A DNA stretch of 58,965 bases, the filler included, from Catajapyx aquilonaris (taxonomy: Eukaryota), in NCBI GenBank assembly GCA_000934665.2. It is 3 parts of 3 records of this genome, joined end to end, with 100 filler letters (N's around TTAATTAATTAA, not from the genome) between each part and the next. Parts side by side here need not be neighbours in the genome. Positions count along the whole stretch, not along the records: positions 39,453 to 58,965 come from KZ539536.1; 2 more parts are not named here. The stretch is one strand, 5' to 3'. The notes under the pieces are model-generated. The model saw only the letters and a program-made list of their open reading frames with translations. It made no database searches and was not told where the DNA came from. This document shows positions 47,801-58,965 of the stretch, one piece after another. Position 1 is the first letter of the stretch. Each line of letters begins with the position of its first letter. Made by a program: the position numbers and the translations under genes.

Positions 47801-50800
47801 GTTTATACAGTAAATGAGTGATTTGATCAGTGCTGAGCGTCCCTGAGCAATGAAACCAATTGTTTGGGGAAAAGTAACAATCGTGTATACTGCGATCATT
47901 CAATTCGGCGGCTAGGTGCCATTGTTAGGTGCGCCAACAAAGCAAACAAACACAGGAACATGGCAGAATTGGTGCATTCCTGCCTCTGCATCATAGTATT
48001 TTTTCCACGTGACATCACAAGACAGTACGATAGCGTATAATTAATATGGTATTTGATAGATCATAGCTCGAAAACTAATACGTATTTCTTCAAACAAAAA
48101 CCAACAATATTCATTTAAAAATAATGTCAATTTTTTACATGGGATTGCAAAATGTAGGCTAGGACCCCATTCATCATTATTCTGACAAAAGGACAAATTT
48201 GACAGATTATGGCCTCAAGTGTTAGTCACCTTCTGACAAAATGGCAAACCCATGGGACAAGTTTTTTTCAGAGGTATAACGGAAAATCAAAACACCATCC
48301 TATGTATTTGTATAGCAGTTTGCAGGTTTCTTTAGGCTCTCCTGTAAAATTATGAAAACGTTGAATTAGTCCTTTTGTCAACGACGAATTCCAGTCATGT
48401 TATTAATACAAACAGAAAAAGTAAAGGCAGCATGACTGTGTCCCATTGGCACCAGAGCTGTCTGGCAACCTTGGCACTTGGTTTTTTGTCCCTTTTAAAA
48501 TACCTTGACAAAAACTGTTCACATAACTTTAACAAACAAGAGACGTCAATAATAATTAAAAGTACCACAAAAAATACTTGCGCTCAAGCTAAAAATTTGT
48601 ACGGTATTTTGATATTCTAAAATTATGCCAAACTTTCACGTGTTCTCTCAATCCAGCTGGATTTTGCTCGTTATTAACTGCTGACATGAAATTTACCAAC
48701 AGTAACGATGGTTGTGCAAAAACAATCTGCCCTGATGAGTTTTACTGATTTTTAAAAATCGCCAATCCCCAATTCTTTCTTTGTCTACCAGCCACTCTTG
48801 GCTTTCACAATTGCCAATGTAAAACATTTGAAAGTGATCTACATTTTGCATCAGCTTTCCTTCCAGCAGCCCTTCACTGGAAAGGTAAAGGTCATAGCCA
48901 AAATTGGTAACAAAATTCAAGATCATACCTCCTTTGGTTCTTCCTCCATCACAAACTTTTGCTTTTGCTCACTCTGCACATCCTCTACATTCTGTCTGTC
49001 CTTGTAATCACTTTCTCGGCACAGAGCTGTTCCGTACAGAGCACTTCCACTATTCCCATCACCTTCCTCGCTACCACCTCCCCTGTCCCCTTCCCTCGTC
49101 CTTCCTTCCTCTACTACCTCTGCCTCCATAGCCTCCTCAGCAGTCACTTCACCCTGTTGCAACACCAAAGGCACTGAACCCCTACTTGGCCCACTGTTAC
49201 TATCACCACTAGCACTGGGGACCCCCTCACTGACATTGTCAGGAACTCCCTTGTCGCAATATTGTTCACTTTCTTTCTCCTCCTTACGACAGGGACTTTC
49301 CCCCTGGTTAGGGCTCTTCTCTGACAGTGCATCCATTGACTCTATACCAGAGTCCTCTCCTTGTGCTGCATTCTCCTCCCTTGGGGTTACTCCACCTGAA
49401 GGACTGTTGACTGCCTCATGCTTTGTAGAGGCTTTAGGGCTGTACGGCTTGGTGGTGACAATTGTTGGGGCCTCACCACACTCCTTCTTGGCGTCCTCCA
49501 GCATTAGAGTGTTAACCATAGCCACCCGACCCACCAATGACTCCGGGAGGGATTTTCGGTCATTCCGAAGTGCACTTTCTAACTTGCTGTACCTCAGGTG
49601 ACCTGGGAGAATGACGTCCTTGCTATGGTGATGTCGGTTGCGATGGTGGTGGTGATGGTGGACGTCATTGTGGAGGGCCTTGCTGTGGCCTTTGCTAAAC
49701 TCTTCATCTTCTGTCACACAGTTAATGGGATCTTTGTCGTTAACTTCGCGAGAACGTTCCCTTGGTTGCTCATCATGTAAGATGCTTTGAGGTGGCACTG
49801 GGTTCTGGGACAATGGGTTTTGGTTCTGCGCAGGATCAACAACTGATGATGGGTTTTTATCAGGCAGCAAGGAGGAGGACAGGGCATCACTGGGATGGTG
49901 ATACCTATACCGAGGCTTCACTTCAGGAGACTCCTTTGGCACAGGGTGTTGTAGATGGATATCTGAAAGAATAAGGAAAATTTGCATCAGTCACTCCATA
50001 GTGTACTTCGTAACCTTTTTAGTGCACAACATTATTTATGCAACCTAGGTAGACGTCCATTGCAACGTTTCTTTCCAAATGGCAAATGAAGCATTATGCA
50101 GTCACAGAAGTGGACCTGAACTTCACCAAAGCAGTCCAGTAGTGATGTAACCTACCTATTTGTCACTCAAGACAACCATTGTTGGGTATCTCAACTTTGC
50201 TGTGGTGGTGGAACTAGAAGTGTGCTCTGACACTCCATGAACTATCATGGCAGTAGACTGGCTATTATTTCAGGGCTCTCAAGCTGCACAGTTCTTTTTG
50301 CGAGGTGGAAGTCAGATGATGTGACACACCACCTTTCTCACTCCCTCCCTACCCACATCTCCTTTCTCATAGACAGATAGCTCAGCTGCTTTGCTCAACT
50401 AATCACTCTGCCCATATATCTGAATCCCATATGAGTCAATTATTGAATATCTCTTCAATGCTCAATCTCTGCTAATTGTGACTTTTTGTCACTTGATTGC
50501 AGTATGTTTCAATGATCCCTTCTCTATGCACATCAGCTATGCTCTTCTCCAAAGCACAACAATGCACACTATGAAAATTCACACACTCAGGTCAGTTGTT
50601 GTTGTGGATTTAACCTGCTAATCATCCCAATGCTTCAAATACCGTAGTAAGAATTTAACCTCAAGTCATTTAAAAAAGATGCCTTCTGTGATATAATCCT
50701 ATACCCTACCCATAACAAAATTGCATATACTGTACTCATTGGCATCACCAATGTACTCATTTCAAACTGCTGTCCACCTTTACAAAAAAAGACCCCTTCC

Positions 50801-53800
50801 AGGATCTATTTTGCTGACACTGCTTTTAGTAATTTTTAGTGGAAATTGTATCTAATAATACCAGCACATGTGAAACTCACTTTTTCCCCATCTATTGACA
50901 GTTGCAAAGGGTTCTTAATTTACAACTTTCAAATGTCCACTGGAGGAGGTTGGAACATGTAAATTCTAAACTTAAATTTCACAACTTTATTCAGTAGATT
51001 ATGCCCAATTTTAATAGTGGTAAAACATTGCTAAAACTGACAGTTATGGCAATTAAATTGATACATGTGCAATCATCTAGGCCTATTGTAGTCCCCACTT
51101 AAAGGGACAAAATAATAATTTGGACACAGTGATAGATCTCCTCGACTGGAGAGCTTGGGAGCAGTATAGCCATTGCTGCTGTAGTGCCATAAAAAGTCAA
51201 ATCAATTAACATCCTTGGGCTTTTTAGGGGACCTTTCATTGAACCATTACTGTGCTGTGTGAGATTTTGATTGTGGGAGAAAACCTGCGACAAACCATAC
51301 AAGCACAGAGTCCCTTCCTGCGGAATGAGGCAGGGAGGCTAATAAATGGTTGATTGATTGATACAAGCAGAGAGAGGACCCATATAAACAAGATTGGCAA
51401 ATCATGTAAGTGTGATTCAAGTCGACTTTTTTTTTCCATTGCCAAGGAAATTCTAATACGACAACAATGTCATAGAATGTTGTCAGTCTCATTGCCCGTT
51501 GCCAAGGAAACCCAAGGATACCGGCCTGCTACTTGACCTTGGCCGATAGAGTGAACCCGGAAAAACCAAAAGTGGATGGCCACTGGAAGTTGATTATGAA
51601 ATCCTATGTAGGGTCTGCTGAATCTGAATCCGAAAACAGTTTGTTGCTATCTCTTGCAGTTTAGGCCCTGTTACCTGTCCACAGACAGATGGACGGACAG
51701 GGCCATTCAATAATACTCTTTGTTTTTAATAAGAAATCCCACTGTCTGGCCTGGGGATGGTTGTGGCACCAACCAAGTGCTACACCACCATGCCATCACT
51801 ATGCCACCATGCCTTGAAGGTCTTTAAAAATTTTTTTTTTTTTTTTTTAAATATTTACTCCATGATAGGGCGAAACTAGCTCAGCTATCTCAGTTGCTAT
51901 CTCAGTTAAAAATTATCGTGAACAATGGCAGTCAACCAACAATCAACAGAAGTCTTAAAATTAATGAAAAAATGAAATAAGCGCCCCTAAATGTTCTAAA
52001 AACTTCATGTCTAAGCTTTCCCAAGATCACAGTAATCACAATCATTACCCTTGACCCATTTCATATCCAAACGAAACTTCCTCATGGCTAAAAACAGCTA
52101 CTGACACAGATGTGTAAAACACTTCATAAAGAGAATGTGTGACTTATCCTTACCTGTAGTTCGGATGTCCGAGACATGCAGTGCATTCCTCTGGGTGAGT
52201 TTTTGCTTTAACAGACACACCTCTGAACTAGATGAAGACACCACTGCAGGAGGTGGCAAGGATGTCATTGAAGCCACTTGGGTCACCACAGCCTTGTCTT
52301 CCCCCCTGACACTGGCACCATCCCCTGTGTCCGTGTCAGACACCACAGCCCTTCCCTTCCCAGATGCACTTGGTCCGTCCTTCCCTCTCCCTACCACTCC
52401 TGTCCTGTCCTCCCGCTTCTGAACTTTCACCCGCTTGGGCACTAACTTAACACCGGACTGTTGCAATGGAAGGACAGGCACACTACCTTCCTTCCTCTGC
52501 TTCTGCTGCTGAGGAACCTTGATCTTGAGCTCAGAAGCAGTAAAGCTATATACATCTGTTGTATCATTTGGCAATGCAGTGGGCACTATCCCACCACCTG
52601 CAAGCAGGCTTTGCTCCCGGGAGTTCGCTGACGGGCTGCCTCGCCTGGCACGAACATCCCGTTTCCTGCCCCTGGGCTGCTGCGTTGGTGCATCCTCTTT
52701 CCGTCCACGGTAAGTCTTCCTCCGTGCTTCCCCATCCTTGCACTTCCTGCGTTTCTCTGCTACCTTGTCCTTCTTAGGGTCTCGCACTACAACAGCAGCT
52801 CGTCCCCTCAATGAAATGTGCAGAGGTGGTACTCTTGGCTCACCCCCACTCGCAACACAACTTGGACCAGGAGCACCTTCCTTCCCATTGGACACCTTGT
52901 CCTTCACAAATGACACATCCACCTTATATGCTGGCTCATTCTTTTCCAGCTTAAGTCGCAGCTTGATCTTCTCACCCCCTGGTGACCCTAGGTCTTTGCA
53001 TATTCCAGGGCTGGAGTCGCGCGACTTAAATCGCCTGCCCGATCCAGACTCGTTACTTGCTGAGGACTTGACTTCCGAGTCTGACTGATCTGTGGCCTCC
53101 TTCCGGGATATGGTGGACATATTGGACTCGTCCTCATCTGTGAAGGCCCGGAAGGGAGATCCTACATCTGTTGACTCAGCATCCACCTCATCCTTCCTCT
53201 CTGGCTCTGACTCAGAGCTGGAGCTCTCAGAGGGCATTGGTTCCAAAAGCCCTGTTAGTGGGTTGATTAAGAACTGGCGACGCTTTCCTGAAGATGTTAA
53301 TGGTGGTGAAGGTGGTGGGGGAGATGGCGGTCGTGGAGCTGGTGCAGCAACAATCTCTTGGCTGGTTGTTGGAACAAAAAGGCCTCGCTGGTGAACCACT
53401 GTTGGTATCCTTGGCTGGCCCACCTGTGCCTCAGAAGGTATGACTCCTTGGTGCCTCATGGGAACAGGCTGTGGGGGAGGTGGGGGAGGAGGAGGAGGTG
53501 GGGGTGGAGTAAGAGTGTGGGGCAACTGGCCAGGGTAAGGTGGGGGTGGAACAGGTGGTGGAGGTGCCAGCGGAGGTGGTGGGTTTGCTCGTATGCCCAT
53601 GCTAAGTCCTGCAACGGACATGCTGGGCCCAGAAAGGGCAACAGTTGGTCTGCAAGCAGCTAGACTTGAACAAGCAGCCAATGTGGATCCCACTGTGGAG
53701 CCCATGTTAGAGCAGGCAGCAGCCATTTTCATAGACATGTTGGACACAGTGGTGGCATTAACAGTAGACATATTTGCATTCATGCTGCTTCCAATAGCAT

Positions 53801-55515
53801 TCATGGCTGCCAGACTGGCGGCAGATCCAGCAGCAGCCGAAGGCCTCATGAGTGGTACCTGGTGCCTGATCCCCTGTGGTGTCCCTTGGAAGGCAACCAC
53901 CTGGGCCCCCTGAGTGATGGGTCTGGGCAAACCCGACCTGGGACTGACAGTTGCATTGGGCACAACTGCCATCTGCTGTTTCAAGGCCTGCACCGGCTGA
54001 GGCTGATACAGACCTAGGGTGGTTGGCCTCTGAGGGGCAGGCGATGATGATAATTCTCCCACTGGAGTGGTAGGTGGGGACAAATTGGGGATACCAGAAA
54101 GTGCAATGTTAAAGGTTGATGGTTGAAAAGGTTGGGAATCAGAGGAGGGTGTGGAGGCTGCAGATGAGTTGGAAGTTGGGGAACATGGAGAGAGAAGAAG
54201 TGGGGACGTGCAAGGGCTGGGGCTATCCACACTGCCCCTGCCACCCTGTGAGACCTTCCGTGTCTTCTTTATTCGGCCTCGTTGTTGCTGCTGGCGCTCA
54301 CCAGGAGGAAGCATTCGATGCTGCGGGCTACCTCCACCTGATGGACCACCACCATCATTCTGTAGCAAGTTCACCAGCAGCGGACTTGAGAGTGCCGCTG
54401 TCCGATCTGCTGTTTTCTGCCTGGCTTGTGGAGAGGGTGGTGGGTATGGTGGAGGTGACTGGAACGGGAACCGAGCAGCTGATGTTACGGTAGATGGTGC
54501 TGCCTGGTGGTGCGTCTCCCTGCTCTGCATAGCATGCGCCGCATGTGTCATGCTGGCAAATGGAAAGGGCCCATAACTGCCAGCTGGCCTGGACAATGCA
54601 GGACTGCACTTAGGTGGATATGGGATTGGCTCAGAACCAGGGGCCACAACATTTGGGCTCTTAAAATGTGATGCTTCTGATGATGACGGTGATCCTGATG
54701 ATGCTGCAACCACTCCAAAAGCACCCCCATTCACTTGGCTGAGAAACTGTGGTACCACTCCACTTGGACCAGCCACTGGCTCTGCACTATTTACTGCAGC
54801 AGAGGAGCTTCCAGCAGTGGCAGCAGGAGTTGATCCAGAATCGACCTGCAGAACAATTTCCTGTGGGTCGTTGTAGCGTCCAGCTAGGGTGAGAGAGATG
54901 ACTTGGTCACCCTCCACTTGGACGCTGAGGATGCCCAGCTCACGGAGGGCGGCGTCCCCGCTCTGGGCCAGCTGGCGGAGGCGCTGGGCAGCCTCCCGGG
55001 GAATCTTGAACGTCACCCGAACAGAGTTCCATGGCTCCACCTTCGTCACTTTGAATGGCTGATGATGGGAGTTTGAATCTAAAAAGGAGAGAACAGAAAA
55101 ATTCAGTTCTGCTGTACTTTAAACATAATTATGTAAGTTGCCATACAAATTTTCAACTGACTTTCTGGCATTAACTCATAACAAGCGATGTAGGCTCTTA
55201 TTTAGCCGATATTTATCAACACAGACAGCACTACAATCATCTCTCTTACATGGAACTAAAACTCAAGAGCTTTTATCAAATTAATGAAATATGGCCTTCT
55301 GTCAATGCCTCTTGCACATTTTTCGTGTCCGCTTCAATATGACTTAGAAAATACTTAATTGCACAAAAACCACTATATTAATACACACCTTCACGAGAAG
55401 CACTCTGCAGTCCCTCCACAATGTCCTTGAATTTAACGGGAAAGGTTGGATCTGTCAGATCCCCCTTGCAGGTGACCACTATATTCACTAAATCTCCATC
55501 GCTCTCAGTGGCCAT
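41414..55515 (-). CDS. Ncoa6: Nuclear receptor coactivator 6 homolog; join(55515..55389,55078..52154,49962..48929,46024..43555,42140..41951,41435..41414), about 2255 aa (last exon tentative)
   Basis: [45 protein letters not shown] is the NCOA6 N-terminal domain; SPLLVNLLQ LxxLL (54363-54377); PPxY motifs; all introns GT-AG with matching phases (1, 1, 0, 1, 2). Confidence 0.92.
41516..41884 (+). mobile_element. tRNA-derived SINE, family A, with expanded (ATT)n tail, in the putative last Ncoa6 intron
   Basis: Close copy of 8346-8649; 15-bp TSD TACTACTTGTGAAAC at 41501-41515 and 41885-41899; about 25 ATT units. Confidence 0.93.
42339..42870. mobile_element. Kolobok-like non-autonomous element
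   Basis: TTAA-AGGGACAATTCACTCAAAATA ... TATTTTGAGTGGACTGTCCCT-TTAA. Confidence 0.78.
46112..48171. mobile_element. DNA transposon remnant with long internal inverted repeats (about 46215-46580 vs 47340-47715) and a nested family C SINE at about 47014-47330
   Basis: Termini AATGGGGTTCTAGCCT / AGGCTAGGACCCCATT; TTTTTGACCTCGGGG..TCAAAA mirrored by CCCCGAGGTCAAAAAG. Confidence 0.7.
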
Positions 55516-56699
55516 CTCTGAAAATGTAAAAATTAGTTTTGAGTAATGGTGCCGACAAAACACTGAAGATATAATCACATCACAGTAGTCTAATATGTCT
55601 GCAACATATATCAGTCTGTTTGGACTAAAAATGAACACATCTTTCATCTGGGCAACTAGCCAATATGATTATACCAGATCAGATATGCCTGAGAGAGATT
55701 AAGCAACAGGAAGGAACAGTCGGAAACCTATCAAAAAATGCAAGTGAGGCTTACACTTATATGGTAAACATTTAAAGCCCATATAGTCATAAACTGATGC
55801 CATTGGAGTTGACAGAAACACAGCACATTACTCTAAGCATTTGTTCAATGTTGCCATATTACAAGTTGACAATATGCAATATTTCACCAATCTAACAACT
55901 GATTTCCATCGTCCAACTGGCCCTAGCTCCAAGTAACTCAAGTGCTCTGAAGTATTTTCGTGATCATTATGCAATTGAAAAACTATTGATATATGAAGTG
56001 CATAATCAATAATTAAATTACAAAACTGGCCAAATTCATCATAAAACGAATCTCCCAACTATACATACGACAATTCACCTACCCTCAACTTGTCACTAAT
56101 GGCACAAGCAATATCAAACTATTGACTTTATAGGTTTGTTATGTAAGAATAGGTTTAAAAAGCTCTTGCTGTACCAGTTTCACTTTCATTTGCATGTATT
56201 TACACAAATAAGTCATAGGCTACTCTTCATGACATGCACAGAATAAAACCTACATATAAAACCATTCATTCAATATAGCACATGCAGTGAATGGCAGTTC
56301 TCAATTCAGGTGGGAAAAAAAGAGGTGTTTAAACTGTATGCACTGCATTGCTGTCAAACGACAGAGCTCCAATGGCAAAACAGTTTTGGCTTGGTCACTG
56401 CCAAAACTCCACTGTGTGCACTGAACCCGAATCTCGGCAACACTCGTACTTCCACAACGCCTCACTCGGACTAACACATCCGCAAGTCTTCCCTCGCGCT
56501 AGAGCATGCGGACTGCCACGACCATCTGCCAACGGCAAGGCTGTCGCACCCTGTCAGCCTGACAGGCCACCCCGGCAGGTGACAGCTCCAACGTGCACAC
56601 CCGCACAGTTCCAGCATCACTCCGCAGTCCCCACAACCTGCACTAGGCCTGGGCCTCATTCCCCCATCCCTGCCATAGCAGGGAGCTGGTTGGCCCCTT

Positions 56700-57560
56700 T
56701 CCTCCACACAAGCACACCCAACCATCCGACCCGGGGCGGGCCAGGGTCCTCAGAGATGCCCCTGGAGTCCATAAATCGTGTGATCGGTGCACATAATACA
56801 CGGTTTGCTCGGCCTCCCCCGCCTGCCTTATTCCACCTCTCCCCCACCCCTGTCCCTCCCTCCCCTCTCCCCGAGGTTCGCCTTCCATTTTCCGCACGGA
56901 GAGGGAGCGAGTGCCGCGGTCCTCCCCTCCCGAGGGGTGTCGGGGCAGGGGCGGGCCGGAGTGGGGCCGGGGCCGGGGACGGGCAGGCCCCTGGAAACTC
57001 ACCTGTAAGGTGGAGAAAGTCATGCATAACTCGGTCCGACTCGTAAACGCCATGGAACAATAACAAGTGCCGCCATTTGCAATCCTGCCCATCGGGACAT
57101 GCGCAAATCAATCGGTAGGGGGTGTTAGTAGTTGGACGTCGGAGGGTGGGANNNNNNNNNNNNNNNNNNNNNNNNNNNNNNNNNNNNNNNNNNNNNNNNN
57201 NNNNNNNNNNNNNNNNNNNNNNNNNNNNNNNNNNNNNNNNNNNNNNNNNNNNNNNNNNNNNNNNNNNNNNNNNNGAGAGGGGAGAAGACGGAGGGAGCGC
57301 TGATTGGTCGCGGCGGGGCTGGATCTGAGTTGGCATTGGGTGGAGTCATTTTTTGGAGGAAGGGAGGGGGGACGACAGAGGGGAGTGGAAGGGTGGCGGG
57401 AGGGAGGGGAGGGAGGTGGATAGTGATCCAGCGGCCATGTTGGGTCCCGAGAATGGAGGGTCACGTGAGTGGGGAGAGGACGGGGGAGAGTCGAGTCGAG
57501 AGTGTCGGTTTGGTAGCTGCGCAAAGTAGCAGCTATTTTGTAGCAGGTTGCGTTACAACG
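56700..57560 (-). promoter_or_regulatory. CpG/GC-rich promoter and putative non-coding first exon of Ncoa6
   Basis: High GC/CpG; - strand donor CAG|GTGAGT at about 57002; YY1-like CGCCATTTG at about 57070; CCAAT-like GATTGG at about 57302; the acceptor just upstream of the ATG (55518-55520) requires an upstream exon. Confidence 0.6.
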
Positions 57561-58965
57561 CCTATTTCTTCCTATGCTCCTCCAAATCAAATTAAATTCC
57601 AGCCAGAGTACAAGATCCTATTTGAAGTGTCATTTATTTACAGATAGCCTCACAATTCTTATGTCTGAGCTGGGTAGCACAGACGCATAGTAATAATTTT
57701 AACCGTGCCACACAGAGCGCGCCATGGCGTATCTGCTACGTCGTATGGCACTTCAATAAGCCGATCCAATGGGGAGAGCCGGGTTGTGTTATGACGTCAT
57801 AGTGGACCAATAGGATACATGTTGGACCCCAACATGTCTCCTCATCATATTGATGTCAAAAGTGGAGCCGACAACCCCAGCGAGAGGAGCTCTGTCCTCC
57901 GGCGTTTTACTGCAGCACCGATCGGGAGGGGATTTGAATGTCAAAGGACACCGGCACAGGTGCCTGGAGCAGGCGAGTGCACCGCATGATTGCTCAACCC
58001 CGCGGTGGTTCCCGATACTCGTACTGGGTGCTCCGAAAGTTGTGCGCGACTGACTGTTTCGCCAATTCAGTTCAAGGTGGCAGCCCCGCGTTTCTCCGAT
58101 TGGCTGGATTGATGTCACTAATGGCGCCAAATTAGGTCGATTGCGAAGGCTCGAAAAGAAAAAGCAAATTGAATGTAATCTCTGAAATAAGGATAATCTG
58201 CAGTGTTGCAGTCTCATGCTCTGCTTTGCCAAAATCTCATGTGTGATTAATAGTCAATACTGTGGCCAACTAGATGTAGCATAAGCAGCATTCGACTATA
58301 TTGCACATAGTTGTGGGTTTTACATAGTTCGTTTTACCTACTAGGGCAGCAATAATATTGTACTCTATTTCACAGGTTGCAGGCAGAGGTGGAGATATGG
58401 CAAAGCTGAATGTACATGGTGATAATGGGGATCCACTTGCATACCCCCAAAGAATACCCACAGGCTGGACAACAAGAGGAAGACCAGCTGGCTGATCTTG
58501 TCGAGGGTATATTATTGCCTAGAGCAGCATTTTCTAAAGTAGTGGATCCAGTAAGCCTAAATCCAGTTACAAGAGTAATGTGTGGAGTTTGAGAATGGTG
58601 GATGTTATGTTTGAGGATTGATGGGTTCTCTCCCGCTTTGTATTTCTCTCCAAGAGGTGCTGCACCTGCCTGCATTATGTATAACACCTCCCTGCATAGT
58701 AAGAAACATACAGAAACATAACTGCACCAACGTGTTATAAAATACAGTTGAATCTGGATATAACAGACTTCAAGGGACTGCAGAAAGAGGTCTGTTACAT
58801 CCTAGATCTGTGTTAGCCTTAACCACCATTTTTGCAACGAATGCGCAAAGTTTTCTGCTTTCCACATACTTATAATGCACGTTACCACATACTGATTAAT
58901 GACACTATCCACAAATATGGAAAATTAACTCACCCATACCTTAGGCCAGGGCCGGATCTTGGGGG

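Noticed and set aside
56348..57647. Several long ORFs in the GC-rich region, some through N runs
   Set aside because: Explained by high GC content and gap bases at the Ncoa6 promoter and first intron; no recognisable domain.
58370..58690. Possible exon of a gene divergent from Ncoa6 (acceptor-like TTCACAG at about 58375)
   Set aside because: Short open frames, no clear donor or homology; cannot be supported from this window.

Overview
Eukaryotic genomic DNA with GT-AG introns, many SINEs/MITEs and scaffold gaps; the gene homologs suggest an insect (inference). Three genes splice cleanly by hand: (1) ASCIZ/ATMIN on + (4 coding exons, 21587-32254, about 480 aa, 4 zinc fingers plus TQT LC8-binding motifs); (2) an AN1-type zinc finger (ZFAND5/6-like) gene on - (35956-34772, about 266 aa) that lacks the A20 finger and instead carries a 24-aa tandem array; (3) Ncoa6 on - (55515 to about 41414, about 2255 aa, with the NCOA6 N-terminal domain, LxxLL and PPxY motifs). 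The first 20 kb looks like a region of decaying genes: a MEP-1-like zinc-finger copy with a frameshifted 3' part, fragments of an unidentified - strand gene, and a nanos-like gene with broken zinc ligands and stops/frameshifts. It also holds a Utopia/NeSL-type non-LTR fragment and a Helitron Rep remnant. Introns and intergenic DNA are filled with nested non-autonomous DNA transposons (piggyBac-, Kolobok-, hAT-, Sola-, Tc1/mariner/pogo- and Helitron-like) and three tRNA-derived SINE families, many with readable TSDs. All calls come from reading the sequence; no searches were run.
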